Shown here: positions 42,287 through 52,630 of the stretch, one piece after another
How the letters are laid out: every line of letters begins with the position of its first letter
Position numbering within the stretch: the stretch's first letter is position 1
Assembly: GCA_963847445.1 (NCBI GenBank)
Contig: CAWJZV010000042.1
Coordinates: 128,001-192,000, forward strand
Direction: 5' to 3'
From: an uncultured delta proteobacterium
Lineage (GTDB): Bacteria; Desulfobacterota; Binatia; UBA9968
Length of the DNA stretch: 64,000 nucleotides
Notes under the pieces: model-generated
What the model was told of the DNA's origin: nothing
The model's input: only the letters and a program-made list of their open reading frames with translations
Database searches by the model: none
Position numbers and translations under genes: made by a program

Positions 42287-43247
42287 ATGGCCGGTAATTT
42301 CTTGCGGGCTTTATGTACGATCCTGATCGGTGGGTCGGTGTTGGCGGGCGCGCCGGTGCGAGCGGCGGATGCGCCGCAGAAAATTCGCTTCGTCCACGCC
42401 AGCCGAAGCAACTCGATGGCGCCCAAGCTGATCGCCCAGTCCAAAGGTTTCTTCAGAGCCGAAGGTCTGGAGACCGAGATGATTCAGATGAATCCGCGCT
42501 TGGCCGCTACCGCGCTCGTGAGCGGCGAAGCGGCGTTCGCCGACGCTTTTACCAGTGTCTTTCGCGGCATTCTGCAGGGTTTCCCGATCAAGATCGTCTT
42601 CGTGCATCAGAAAAAGGGGCCGTACTTTTTACTGGCGCGGCCGGAGTTCAAAGGCGTCCAGCAGTTGAAGGGCAAGAAGCTGGGTGTGGCGACGCTGCGT
42701 GGTTCGGATCATTTGGTGGCGGAGGAGTTACTGCAATCGAAAGGCTTCAATCCAAGCTTGATTCAGGTTCTCGCCGTCGGCGATGCGGCGACGCGCTTTC
42801 AATCCCTCAGCAGCGGCGTTGTCGATGTGATCGCGGTGGGCACGCCCCATGATCTCATGCTGCGCCAGAAAGGGTTCTCCGTGCTCGCCGGGCCGCCGGA
42901 AGTCGGTTTGCCCGGCGCCTGTGTATTCACGCCGGAAACGTTTCTCCGTGAAAACCCGCAGACGGTGCGAAAAACTTTGAATGCGCTGTTGCGCGCGCAT
43001 CAATATATTCTCGAAAACCGCCAGGAGACCATCCAAGCGCTGCTGCAATGGCTGCCGCAGACGCCGGAAGTGGCGGCCCATTCCTACGATTTCGAATTGA
43101 AAACGATGACCAAGAGACGGTTTGATGAGCGATGCCGAACTCGAAGCTGTGATGGTCAAGTTGGGCGATAAGAAGCGGCCCATCGACGAAGTGCGGGATT
43201 TCTCCCTGGCGCGCCAGGCGATGAAAGAGTTGGAAGCGGGGAAATAG
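42287..43247 (+). CDS. NitT/TauT-family substrate-binding protein, paralog of 38626-39575; frameshift ~43115
   Basis: MIQMNPRLA, KKGPYFL, GPPEVGLP, KKRPIDEVRDFSLA. Confidence 0.88.
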
Positions 43248-43351
43248 CCGCGCTACCGCGCGGTGGTTAGGGGTGAGGGGGTAAAGGGTAAGGGGTTCGG
43301 AGTCGGGGTGGACGCCTAACGCCTCACCCCTGACGCCTTACGTTTTTTTGA

Positions 43352-43759
43352 CTATTGTCGCGCGCCGAAAGTGTTCTGCTGAATCATCCAATCTTTTTGC
43401 GGCGACAGGTCGACGCGTTTGTTGTCGATGTTCTGATCCTTGGCGGTGACGCGGAGCACTTCCAGCGCTTCGCTCGAGGCGCTTTCGAACCAGTACTTAA
43501 AGCCGCGCGGCACCAAGAGGCCTTCGCCCTTTTGATATTCGCCGATGACCTTGTCGCCTTCGCCGTAGAATCGCACCGCGCCGCTGACGACATACCAGAA
43601 GGCATCCTCGCCGGTGTGGGTGTGCAGATTATTCTCGCCGCCGTCTTTGACCACCTGGACTTGAACCTTCATCAAATCGCTGTTGCAAACCTGCCAGGTT
43701 TTCTTTGGGCCCTCGAACTCGGGGGTCTTATGTCGAAACTCTTTTGTCTCCTGTGCCAT
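43352..43759 (-). CDS. Cupin domain protein
   Basis: GGENNLHTHTGEDAFWYVVSG, VPRGFKYWF. Confidence 0.88.
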   Translation of the reverse strand: MAQETKEFRHKTPEFEGPKKTWQVCNSDLMKVQVQVVKDGGENNLHTHTGEDAFWYVVSGAVRFYGEGDKVIGEYQKGEGLLVPRGFKYWFESASSEALEVLRVTAKDQNIDNKRVDLSPQKDWMIQQNTFGARQ

Positions 43760-43892
43760 GGGTCACCTCGTTTTGAAGATTTGCTCCACCATAATCCCGA
43801 TTGGGGACGGCGGTCAAGGCGGCCAGCGATTGAAAATAATCTCCAGCCGTTGACGGTTTATTGTCGGGTATATTATTTATGCCGTCATTGAA

Positions 43893-44180
43893 GTGAATCC
43901 GATGAGTCGATGCAAAGTTTCGTTGCTGGCGATTTATCTGTTCTGGCTGTGGCCGGCCTTAGCCGCGGCGCAGAATCTGCCGCTGCTCAATATGGGTTAC
44001 AGCGGCGCGGGCATCGGCTCGGATTTGCTGAAAGTCATCGAGCGCGCCGGTTTGTGGCGCAGGCATGGCATCGACGTGCGGACGATCTATCTGTCGAGCG
44101 GATCTTTGATGGCGCAGACGATGTCGTCGGGCGACATCGGCGTCGCCGGCTTCGATACTCCGGCGATGGTGAACGTAACC
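43893..44180 (+). pseudogene. Truncated NitT/TauT SBP (N-terminal third only)
   Basis: Signal peptide plus GLWRRHGIDVRTIYLSSGS; similarity ends ~44180, just before a palindrome. Confidence 0.75.
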
Positions 44181-44222
44181 TCGTTTGGTGCAATATCTTT
44201 AGGCGGCTCGAGTCCCACTCTA

Positions 44223-44306
44223 CGTCATGCCCGCGAAAGCGGGCATCCAGGTTCATTCCGGGATGATAGAGAAAACAACTGGATTCCCGCCTGCGCGGGA
44301 ATGACG
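44223..44306. repeat. Palindromic element containing a dRS3-like ATTCCC-N8-GGGAAT
   Basis: cgtcatgcccgcgaaagcgggcatcc ... ggATTCCCGCCTGCGCGGGAATgacg. Confidence 0.85.
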
Positions 44307-44347
44307 AATAAGAAGATCGATCGTCGAAAAGGCACAACAGGTAAATA

Positions 44348-45703
44348 ATGAATGACTTAGTTATCACAAATGCGCTGATCATTCCGATGAACGAAGAGCG
44401 TCAATTCTTCAACGGCTATGTGCGCGTGCGTGACGGTGCGATTGCCGAGGTGGGTGCCGGCGCGCCACCGGAAACGGCCAAGAACGAGGAGATGCTTGAC
44501 GGCTCGGGCTGTGTGCTCATGCCTGGCCTGGTCAATGCTCATACCCATCTCTATCAAGTCTTGCTGCGCGCGGTGTGGGAAGACCTGGAGTTGATGCCGT
44601 GGCTGAAGCGCATCTACGGCTGCGCCCGGGTGCTTACTCCGGAGCATTTCTACACGGGAAGTCTGCTCGGTTGCTTGGAATCGATCCGCGGCGGCGTGAC
44701 CACTGTCTGCGAGCATAATTTTCTCAATCCCAGTCCCGAGTGTGCGCTGGAGACGATCCGGGCGATGCGCGATGCAGGTTTACGTTCGGTGTTTGCCCGG
44801 ACGATTATGGATACCGGGGAGATCGTGCCGGAGTGTACCAAGGAAACGCCGGAACAGGCGTTTCGTCTCATCGAAGCGCTTCTCGCGCGGCATAAAAATT
44901 CTCAGCAGCTCACTTTCATGACCGGGCCGAACACGCCGCCGATCAACACGACGCCCGATCTGCTCCGTGAAGTGCGCCGCTTCGCCGATGCCAATTCCCT
45001 TGGCATCAGCGCCCATGTCGCCGAGTCGCACTCGGTGGTTGAAGCGGTGCGCCGGCAGCATGGCAAGAGCGGCGTTGTCGAATTTTTGCATCAATTCGGC
45101 ATTCCAGCCAAGAATTCGATCTTCGCCCATTCGGTGCATGTTTCCCAGGATGAAATTCGGCATTCTCAAAGAAACCGGCTCGTCGGTGTCGCATAATCCG
45201 GTGAGCAACATGATGTTAGGCGATGGCGTGGCGCCGGTGGTGGAAATGCTGCGCCAAGGCGTCAACGTCGCCCTCGGCACCGACGGCGCGGCGAGCAACC
45301 ATTCACAGGATCTGTTCGATACGATGAAGGCGGCGTCGCTGTTGCAGAAGGTTCAGCACCAAGATGCCGGCGTGATCAAACCGTACGATGTTCTCGCGCA
45401 TGGCGACCATCGGCGGCGCCAGGGCGTTAGGTTTAGACTCGCTCTGCGGCACCATCGAGGTCGGCAAGCGCGCGGATCTGATTCTTGTCGACATCGACAC
45501 CGCGCATAACCAGCCGATAAACGATATCTTCAGCCAGATCGTCCACTGCGCCAAAGCCAGCGATGTCCGGACGGTGATGATCGACGGCGTGATCGTCATG
45601 CGCGACCGCCAGCTCGCGGGCCTCGATGATAAGAAGATATTGGCCGACGCCAAAGCTCGCCAACCGCGATTTGCTGGAGCGGGTGAGCGGCTTGGCGTTC
45701 TAA
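44348..45703 (+). CDS. Amidohydrolase (MTA/SAH deaminase/TRZ-ATZ type); frameshifts
   Basis: PGLVNAHTH, HVAES, AHSVH, HNPVSN, GTDG, GKRADL. Confidence 0.88.
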
Positions 45704-45881
45704 ACTATGCGCCTGGATTGCGGCTATCCGCGTCGCAGTCATCGTTGGCCACGGAAGCTCGGAACGGAGAGATTTCTCAGTCGCTTCGCTTCTTCGAAAT
45801 GACAGGCGACGCGCGGCTGTCATTTCGACCCCTGGGAGAAATCTCTCTGCAATTGGTTCGAACGGTGAATCACCAGCGCCG

Positions 45882-46748
45882 ATGATCTATCTGCTCCTCG
45901 CCATCCTCGGCTCCGGCGTCATCCCGGTGATCTTTCGCGCTTTCGCGGGTTGGCGCGTCAATCTATTCTGGGCGATCCCGATCAATTATGTGACCTGTGT
46001 TGTGATCGGCGGTTTCTTAGCCGGGACTGGCCTCGACCTTCAGAACCTAATCGGCCAACCCTGGATCTGGCTCGCTGGAGTGCAGGGTTTCTTGCTCGCG
46101 GTGAACTTCTTTCTGCTCGCCCACACGGCGCAGCGCGCCGGTGTCGCCATCGCCGCCCTGGCGAGCCGCTTGTCGGTGGCGATCCCGTCGGTGCTGGCGT
46201 TCGTTCTTTATGGCGATTCGCTGACACCCGTAAAGATTGCCGGATTGTCGGCGGCGCTGGTGGCGCTTTTCCTCTGCACCGCGCCGGATAAAAATAGCGA
46301 GAAGCTCAGTTCCAAACTGTTTCATCTGTTGCCGCTGCTCGTTTTTGCCACCTTCGGTTGCTACTTCACGATTCTAAAATACTTGCAGACCTACTATCTC
46401 GATGGTTCGAATTATCATTCCTATGTGATGTCGGGATTCCTATTCGCGTTTTTATCGAGCCTTGCCATCGGCTTCGGTAAAGGCGTCATCGTCGCGGCGG
46501 AATTCCGCGCCGTTCACGTGGTCGCCGGACTCGGCCTCGGCCTGGTCAATTACGTGGCGGTCTACTCGCTGCTTCGCATGCTTGCGCTGAAGGGCTGGGA
46601 AAGCTCGCAGATCTATCCGATCTACAGTGTCGGCGTCGTGGCGGTGAGCACGGTGTTGGCGTTTCTCTGCTTTCGCGAGCGGCTGTCGCGGCAGAAGGCC
46701 TTGGGTCTCGGGGTTGGTTTAGCAGCCGTAGCCTTGCTGAACCGATAG
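45882..46748 (+). CDS. EamA/DMT family transporter
   Basis: About 10 hydrophobic segments; FRERLSRQKALG. Confidence 0.8.
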   Translation: MIYLLLAILGSGVIPVIFRAFAGWRVNLFWAIPINYVTCVVIGGFLAGTGLDLQNLIGQPWIWLAGVQGFLLAVNFFLLAHTAQRAGVAIAALASRLSVAIPSVLAFVLYGDSLTPVKIAGLSAALVALFLCTAPDKNSEKLSSKLFHLLPLLVFATFGCYFTILKYLQTYYLDGSNYHSYVMSGFLFAFLSSLAIGFGKGVIVAAEFRAVHVVAGLGLGLVNYVAVYSLLRMLALKGWESSQIYPIYSVGVVAVSTVLAFLCFRERLSRQKALGLGVGLAAVALLNR

Positions 46749-46827
46749 AGTCTCGACTCGTGGCTAGTGTTATCGGGTGTAGGGATCGTGGTAGACTGTG
46801 TAAGTCGTGAGGGTCGGAGGCAAGACC

Positions 46828-47411
46828 ATGTCAAAAGTGGAGAAAGCAAGTTTTACAGCGGCCGAGTACTTGACCATGGAGCGCCAGTCCAGCGAAAAGC
46901 ATGAGTTTGTTTTCGGCGAAATCTTCGCGATGACGGGTGCGTCGGCGCGGCATGTCGAGATCGTCGGTAATATTGCTGGCGAATTGCGTAGTCAACTGCG
47001 ACAACGTCCATGTCGCGTTTATTCGACGGATTTGCGGATTTGTATCGATTCGGAACATCGGTACACCTATCCGGATGTGGTCGCGATTTGCAGTCAACCG
47101 CAGTTTCTCGACGACACCCTGGATACCTTGCTCAACCCGGAGCTCATCGTTGAGGTGCTATCCGAATCGACCCGAAACTACGATCGTGGCGACAAGTTTC
47201 AACAGTATCGCGGCATTCCGTCGTTTCGCGAGTATCTTACTCGTCGATCAAGAAAGAGTTCACGTCGAGCGCTACACCAAGGGAAACGACGGCATCTGGT
47301 CGCTTTGGGAAACCGACGTCGATAGATGACGTGGTCCGGCTAGACTCAGTCGGCGTCGCGCTGGCGGTCTCGGAGATTTATTTCAAGATCGACTTCGGGC
47401 GGCCGCGGTAA
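46828..47411 (+). CDS. Uma2 family endonuclease; frameshifted
   Basis: KHEFVFGEIFAMTGAS, YPDV, VEVLSESTRNYDRGDKF. Confidence 0.88.
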
Positions 47412-47471
47412 AATTCCGATCACCTGAGAAACCAACAAGCCCGCGCACGAACCGCCACGCGACAGCGCAAT

Positions 47472-47935
47472 TTATTTATCGCTCACGTCGATGAAATTTC
47501 CATCCGGGTCGGACAACTGGTGCCGGCCATAGCGGCAGGCTTCTAGCAATCGCAACACGACATGGTGTTCACTGGTGGCATTGGGAGCCTTCGGAGCCAT
47601 CCATTCAGGGTCCACGGTGGTCAAGATCTCAAAATCCTTTTGAAACGTTTCGACACTTTCGACTTTGAAACCGACATGGTCGAGTCCCGGACCCGGGTGT
47701 TCGGCATCGTGATAGTCTTCGATCTTCCACCGCGTCAGGACTAAAGTGATCCTGCCGTCGGTCAGATAACAGTTAGGATCCTCCAGGGCTTTCTCTTCTT
47801 CTTGGAACTCGAAAACGTCGACGTAAAAGCGCGCTAACGCAGCGGGATTGATAGCGCGTATGGTCAGGTGCTTGACGTAGCGATTTTGCTCCCGTTCGGA
47901 CTCGGCCTATACGCTGCCGGCGAGGTATCCGCTCT
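47472..47935 (-). pseudogene. VOC/glyoxalase family C-terminal half remnant
   Basis: Manual translation ...YVKHLTIRAINPAALARFYVDVFEF...GLDHVGFKVES...LSDPDGNFIDVSDK*; no start, in-frame TAG at 5' end. Confidence 0.7.
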
Positions 47936-47936
47936 G

Positions 47937-48929
47937 CTACTTCAATGTCTCGCCAACCTTGCGGGCAATGCTAAAGTCGAACACTTGCGCCGGCAGCACC
48001 GGTTGCTTGGGCTTAATTTGCGCCGCCGCGTCGGCAATCATTTGGCGTTGAACGTCTTCGCCGACGATGCCGTTTTCCAAGAGTGCCGGGGCGGCGATGT
48101 CATAGGTGCGCGCCGCGATCTTTTCCGGGTCCTTGCCAATGTCCAACCACGGACCTTTGAGGAATTCGATGCCATACTTCCGATCGGACTTGAAGAGCCG
48201 GGTTGCTCGCAACATGGCGCGCACGACTTTGGTCACCAACTCGGGTTGCTCCGTGAGCATGGCTGTGGTCGTCGCCAGACCGCCTTGCACCGTTTGGTAA
48301 ACGTCGCCGGCGGACACCAGCTTGCGGAAGCCTTCGTCCTGGGCCGTAAAGGTTAACGGCATTTGCAGCGGCGCGGCGTCAATGACTTTGGCTTTGAGCG
48401 ACAAATAAGTAACGTGGCTGGGACCCGTTGCAAGAATGGCAACTTCCTCGGGGCGGACGTTATTCGCCATAAGAATCCGGCGCGCGAGGATTTCCGCCAG
48501 AGAACCGACGCCGCCGGTGCCGATTTTTTTGCCGCGCAGTTGTTGCACGCTGGTGATATTGGGCTGGACGATTAGATCGAAAGACGGGCGATCGGTAACC
48601 GCCAAAATCACTTTGATGTCGGCGCCTCTCACGGCGGCGCTGACCGCCGATCCGGTTGCCGAGGCGAATTGCGTGCTATTCCCCAACGTTGCTTGAATGG
48701 TTTGGATCGCCTGCATGACGATCAGCTCAACATCCAAACCTTCTTCGCGGAAGAAGCCGCGTTCCTTGGCCACGAAGAAGGGCATGGAAGTCGTGCTTCG
48801 CGCGGCCAAGCCCATGCGGATGCGGGTAAGCTTCTCGGTGCCATCGGCTGAATGGGCCGCGTTGGCCATAGAGCAGATGAATGTAAGGGAGACTAGAGAA
48901 AGAGTGGCGAATCGTCTTAGCTTCGTCAT
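47937..48929 (-). CDS. NitT/TauT-family substrate-binding protein
   Basis: VAKERGFFREEGLDVELI, LRGKKIG, VFDFSIAR. Confidence 0.9.
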   Translation of the reverse strand: MTKLRRFATLSLVSLTFICSMANAAHSADGTEKLTRIRMGLAARSTTSMPFFVAKERGFFREEGLDVELIVMQAIQTIQATLGNSTQFASATGSAVSAAVRGADIKVILAVTDRPSFDLIVQPNITSVQQLRGKKIGTGGVGSLAEILARRILMANNVRPEEVAILATGPSHVTYLSLKAKVIDAAPLQMPLTFTAQDEGFRKLVSAGDVYQTVQGGLATTTAMLTEQPELVTKVVRAMLRATRLFKSDRKYGIEFLKGPWLDIGKDPEKIAARTYDIAAPALLENGIVGEDVQRQMIADAAAQIKPKQPVLPAQVFDFSIARKVGETLK

Positions 48930-49058
48930 CGCGTCCTTCTTTCGCTTACGTCGATTCCTTCAGTCCAATGGCCTCCGATCGACGGATCGGCAAATTCCGC
49001 GCTCTTGCAATAGCCGGGTTGCCCCGGCGCGCTTCACAGATGAAGCTTGGCAATGCGA

Positions 49059-49676
49059 CTAGCCATCCGAGCTCTGAGCTGCCGGCTCCTTCAAGACATG
49101 CTCGATCAGCCGCTTTAACTCCTCATAGGGCTGGGCGCCGACCATCAAATATTTGCCGGCCAGAAACGTCGGCACGCCGTTGACGCCGAAGGCGGCGCAG
49201 CGTTTCCAGTCCTCGTCGACGGCGTCTTTGTATTTGCGGCTGAGCAAGACTTCGGTGGCTTCGTCTTTCGGCAAGTCATTCTGCTCGGCGATTTGCGCCA
49301 GCACGTCGACCTTGCCGATATTCTTCACGTCGACGAAGTAGGCGCGGAACAGCGCGTTGGCGACTTCTTCGGCTTTGCCTTTGGTTGCCGCCCAGGTGGC
49401 GAGTTCTTGAGCGAGGCGGCTGTTGAAGGACATGTTGCGTTCGGCGTTGAACGGCAAGCCTTCGCGCTCCATGTTTACTTTCATCCGGCCGTTGCGGGCG
49501 ATGATCTCTGGGCCGCGCACGCTGCCTTCTTCCGGCGTCTCAGGGTGGAGCGGAAAGTTGGTGAATTTGATGCCTAGACCGTATTCGTTCTTGAGTTTCT
49601 CGACACGCCCGGTGACGAGGTAGCACCAGGGTCAAACGAAGTCGGAAAAGATTTCCAATACTAATGGTTCAGCCAT
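49059..49676 (-). CDS. DsbA/FrnE-like oxidoreductase, probable selenoprotein (UxxC)
   Basis: MAEPLVLEIFSDFV-TGA-PWCYL...FPLHPETP...GVNGVPTF...GAQPYE; GGAGG RBS; TGA at 49632-49634 occupies the first Cys of CPWC. Confidence 0.85.
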
Positions 49677-49815
49677 AAAACCTCCGTTCAAATCGTTCAA
49701 TAAGTTCTAGGTTCAAGGGTACAAGCGGATTCTATGGTTGTTGATTGGCGGAAGTCAAAGACTATTTCGCCGGTTAATTTGACATTGTTGCGCTGGCTCG
49801 GATAGTTTCAATGCG

Positions 49816-50612
49816 ATGCCATTCTTGCAAATCGGTAACTCTGTTCATCACTATCAAGCGCACGGGCCAAAAGAGCAGCCCGCGGTGGTGTTCTCCAACT
49901 CGCTCGGCAGCGACCTGCGCATCTGGGACGGGGTGGCGGCGCGCTTGTTGCCGCATTGCCACGTGGTTCGTTACGACTTGCGCGGCCATGGCTTGTCGGA
50001 GGCTCCTACGCCACCGTATTCGGCAGTGGATTTGGCGGGCGACGTAGTCGCGCTTACTCGATGCGTTGGAAATTCGTGACGCAGTGGTGTGCGGCGTGTC
50101 GGTTGGCGGTGTGATCGCTCAGGCGGTGGCGCTGAATCATCCCGAGCGCGTGCGCGCTCTGGTGCTATCCGATACCGGCGCGCGCATTGGCAGCGGCGGA
50201 GGCTTGGCAGCAGCGTATCGACAAGGTGCGCGCCGATGGCGTCGATTCTCTAGTGCAGATGACCATGGAGCGTTGGTTCTCCGCCGGCTTTCGCGAGCAA
50301 TGCCCGGCCGATATTCGCGGCTATTCGCTGATGCTGCGGCAAACTTCGGCGGACGGCTATATCGGCACCTGCGCGGCGTTGCGCGATGCGGATTTTCGCT
50401 CGGCCGTGGCGCAGATCAAGCAGCCGACGCTGGTGCTCTGCGGCGCCGAAGATATTGCCACGCCGCCGGAACTTGGCCGCGAGCTGGCGGGCTTGATTCC
50501 AGGCGCGCAGTTTTCTCTGATCGAAAAGGCGGCTCATTTGCCCTGTGTCGAACAACCGGATGCGGTTGCCGAGCGCATGATGCAATTTTTCCGGGAGGTG
50601 GACATTGTCTGA
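49816..50612 (+). CDS. pcaD: 3-oxoadipate enol-lactonase; frameshifts
   Basis: FSNSLGSDLRIWD, YDLRGHG, GVSVGG, MERWFS, AAHLPCVEQP. Confidence 0.9.
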
Positions 50613-50991
50613 CGAGCTATTCGACAAAGGTATGGCAATGCGCAAAGCGGTGTTCGGTGAGGAATACGTCGCGCGCGCGGAGGCAAATAAGACCGACTTC
50701 GACGCCGACTGGCAACGCTACGTCACCGAACACGCTTGGGCCGCGGTGTGGACCCGGCCGGGGCTGGAAAAGCGCACGCGCAGCATGCTGACCATCGCCA
50801 TGCTCGCGTCGTTGGGCCGGCTCGACGAACTCGGCGCGCATATCCGCGCGACGCGCAACACCGGCGTGACCAAAGAGGAAGTCAAAGAAGTATTGCTGCA
50901 AGTCGCGGTCTACGCCGGCGCGCCGGCGGCGAATTCGGCGTTTGCCATCGCCAAGCGGGTCTACAAAGAAATGGAAAGGGAGAAGAAATAA
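50605..50991 (+). CDS. pcaC: 4-carboxymuconolactone decarboxylase
   Basis: GMAMRKAVFGEEYV, AWAAVWTRPGL, RSMLT, AVYAGAPAANSAF. Confidence 0.92.
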   Translation: MSDELFDKGMAMRKAVFGEEYVARAEANKTDFDADWQRYVTEHAWAAVWTRPGLEKRTRSMLTIAMLASLGRLDELGAHIRATRNTGVTKEEVKEVLLQVAVYAGAPAANSAFAIAKRVYKEMEREKK

Positions 50992-51106
50992 GACTATTTA
51001 CCACGAAGACGCGAAGAACACGAAGTTCGGAGAATCTTTTCCCAGAACCTTCGTGCTCTTCGTGGACACTTCGTGGTGAAATCATTTCAGATCGAGGCAG
51101 GCTGTT

Positions 51107-51824
51107 ATGATGAACATCAAACCCTACAATCCGCGCGACTGGCGCTCCCATCCGCCTTACAGTTTCAAAGCCTACGGTTCGTCGGTTAAACGCGGGCCGC
51201 TCAAGAGGTTGGTGCCGCTCAAGCAAACCTTGTCGGAGATCACCGGGCCGTTGTTCAGCGATATCAAACTGGCGCCGGGCGAGAACGATCTCACGCGCAA
51301 CGCCGACACCGGCAAGGAAGCGATGGGCGAGCGCATCATCGTCGTCGGCCGGGTGTTGGACGAAGATGACAAGCCGGTGCCCAATACGCTGATCGAGATT
51401 TGGCAGGCCAACGCCGCTGGGCGCTATCATCATCCGGTGGACCAACACAACGCGCCGCTCGATCCGAACTTCACCGGCGCCGGGCGCTGCGTGACCAATG
51501 ACAAGGGCGAGTACCGTTATCTTGACGATCAAGCCCGGCGCTTATCCCTGGTTGAATCACCGCAACGCCTGGCGGCCGGCGCATATTCACCTGTCGTTGT
51601 TCGGGCCAAGCTTCGTCACCCGGCTGGTGACGCAGTTTTTCTTTCCCGGCGATCCGCTGATCCCGCTCGATCCGATTTTCAATTCGGTGCCGACCAAGAG
51701 CGGCCGGGAGCGGCTGATGGCGAGCTATGCCCATGACGTCACCGAACCGGAGTTCGCCTTGGGTTATCGTTTCGACATCGTGCTGCGCGGACGCAAAGCC
51801 ACGCCATTCGAGGGGCCGCAATGA
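51107..51824 (+). CDS. pcaH: Protocatechuate 3,4-dioxygenase beta subunit; frameshift ~51520
   Basis: TLSEITGP, EIWQANAAGRY, TIKPGAYPW, WRPAHIH, LVTQ. Confidence 0.93.
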
Positions 51825-52393
51825 GCAAGCAAACACCTTCGCAAACCGTCGGTCCGTTCTACGCCATCGGCTTGACGCGCCAACCGATGAACGTGATGGC
51901 GAAGGAATCGACCCAAGGCCAGCGCATTCGCATCGAGGGGCAGGTCTTCGACGGCGACGGCGTGGCGATTCCCGATGTCATGGTGGAGATCTGGCAAGCC
52001 AACGCCTACGGCCGCTACAATCACCCGGATGACAAGCAAGAGAAACCGCTCGATCCGACGTTTACCGGCTGGGGCCGTTCCGGCACTGACGAGAAATGTT
52101 TTTATAGTTTCGAAACCATCAAGCCCGGTCCGGTTCCGGGCAGCGACGATACAGTCCAAGCGCCGCATGTCAACGTCGTGATCTTTGCCCGCGGCATGTT
52201 GGTGCATGCTTATACGCGGATTTACTTCGACGACGAAGCCGCGAACGCCAACGATCCGGTGCTGCTATCGATCAAGAACAAGGCGCGACGCCAGACGTTG
52301 ATCGCGGCGCGCGGCGAGCGGGACGGCAAGACCGTCTACCGTTTCGACATTCGGCTGCAGGGCGGAAACGAGACGGTTTTCTTCGATATGTGA
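51821..52393 (+). CDS. pcaG: Protocatechuate 3,4-dioxygenase alpha subunit
   Basis: TPSQTVGPF, EIWQAN, QAPH, FARGML, YRFDIRLQGGNETVFFD. Confidence 0.95.
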   Translation: MSKQTPSQTVGPFYAIGLTRQPMNVMAKESTQGQRIRIEGQVFDGDGVAIPDVMVEIWQANAYGRYNHPDDKQEKPLDPTFTGWGRSGTDEKCFYSFETIKPGPVPGSDDTVQAPHVNVVIFARGMLVHAYTRIYFDDEAANANDPVLLSIKNKARRQTLIAARGERDGKTVYRFDIRLQGGNETVFFDM

Positions 52394-52630
52394 GGAACGC
52401 GTGTTTGGAGTGATGGAGTTTGGGAAACGACGGCTCGCTTATCAGCGTATTGTTACGCAGCTTTCGTGAGCCGTCTTTCTGTCATTTCGACCAAAGGGAG
52501 AAATCTTTCTCTTGTACGGTCAGTCGAAATCGTTGCGGCAACCGAAGATCGATTCTTCCGTTCGTTCGGAAGGACGAGAAGGCAGGACAGGAATCACTAG
52601 TTTTAGATCGTAGCTTCTAAACCACAACGC

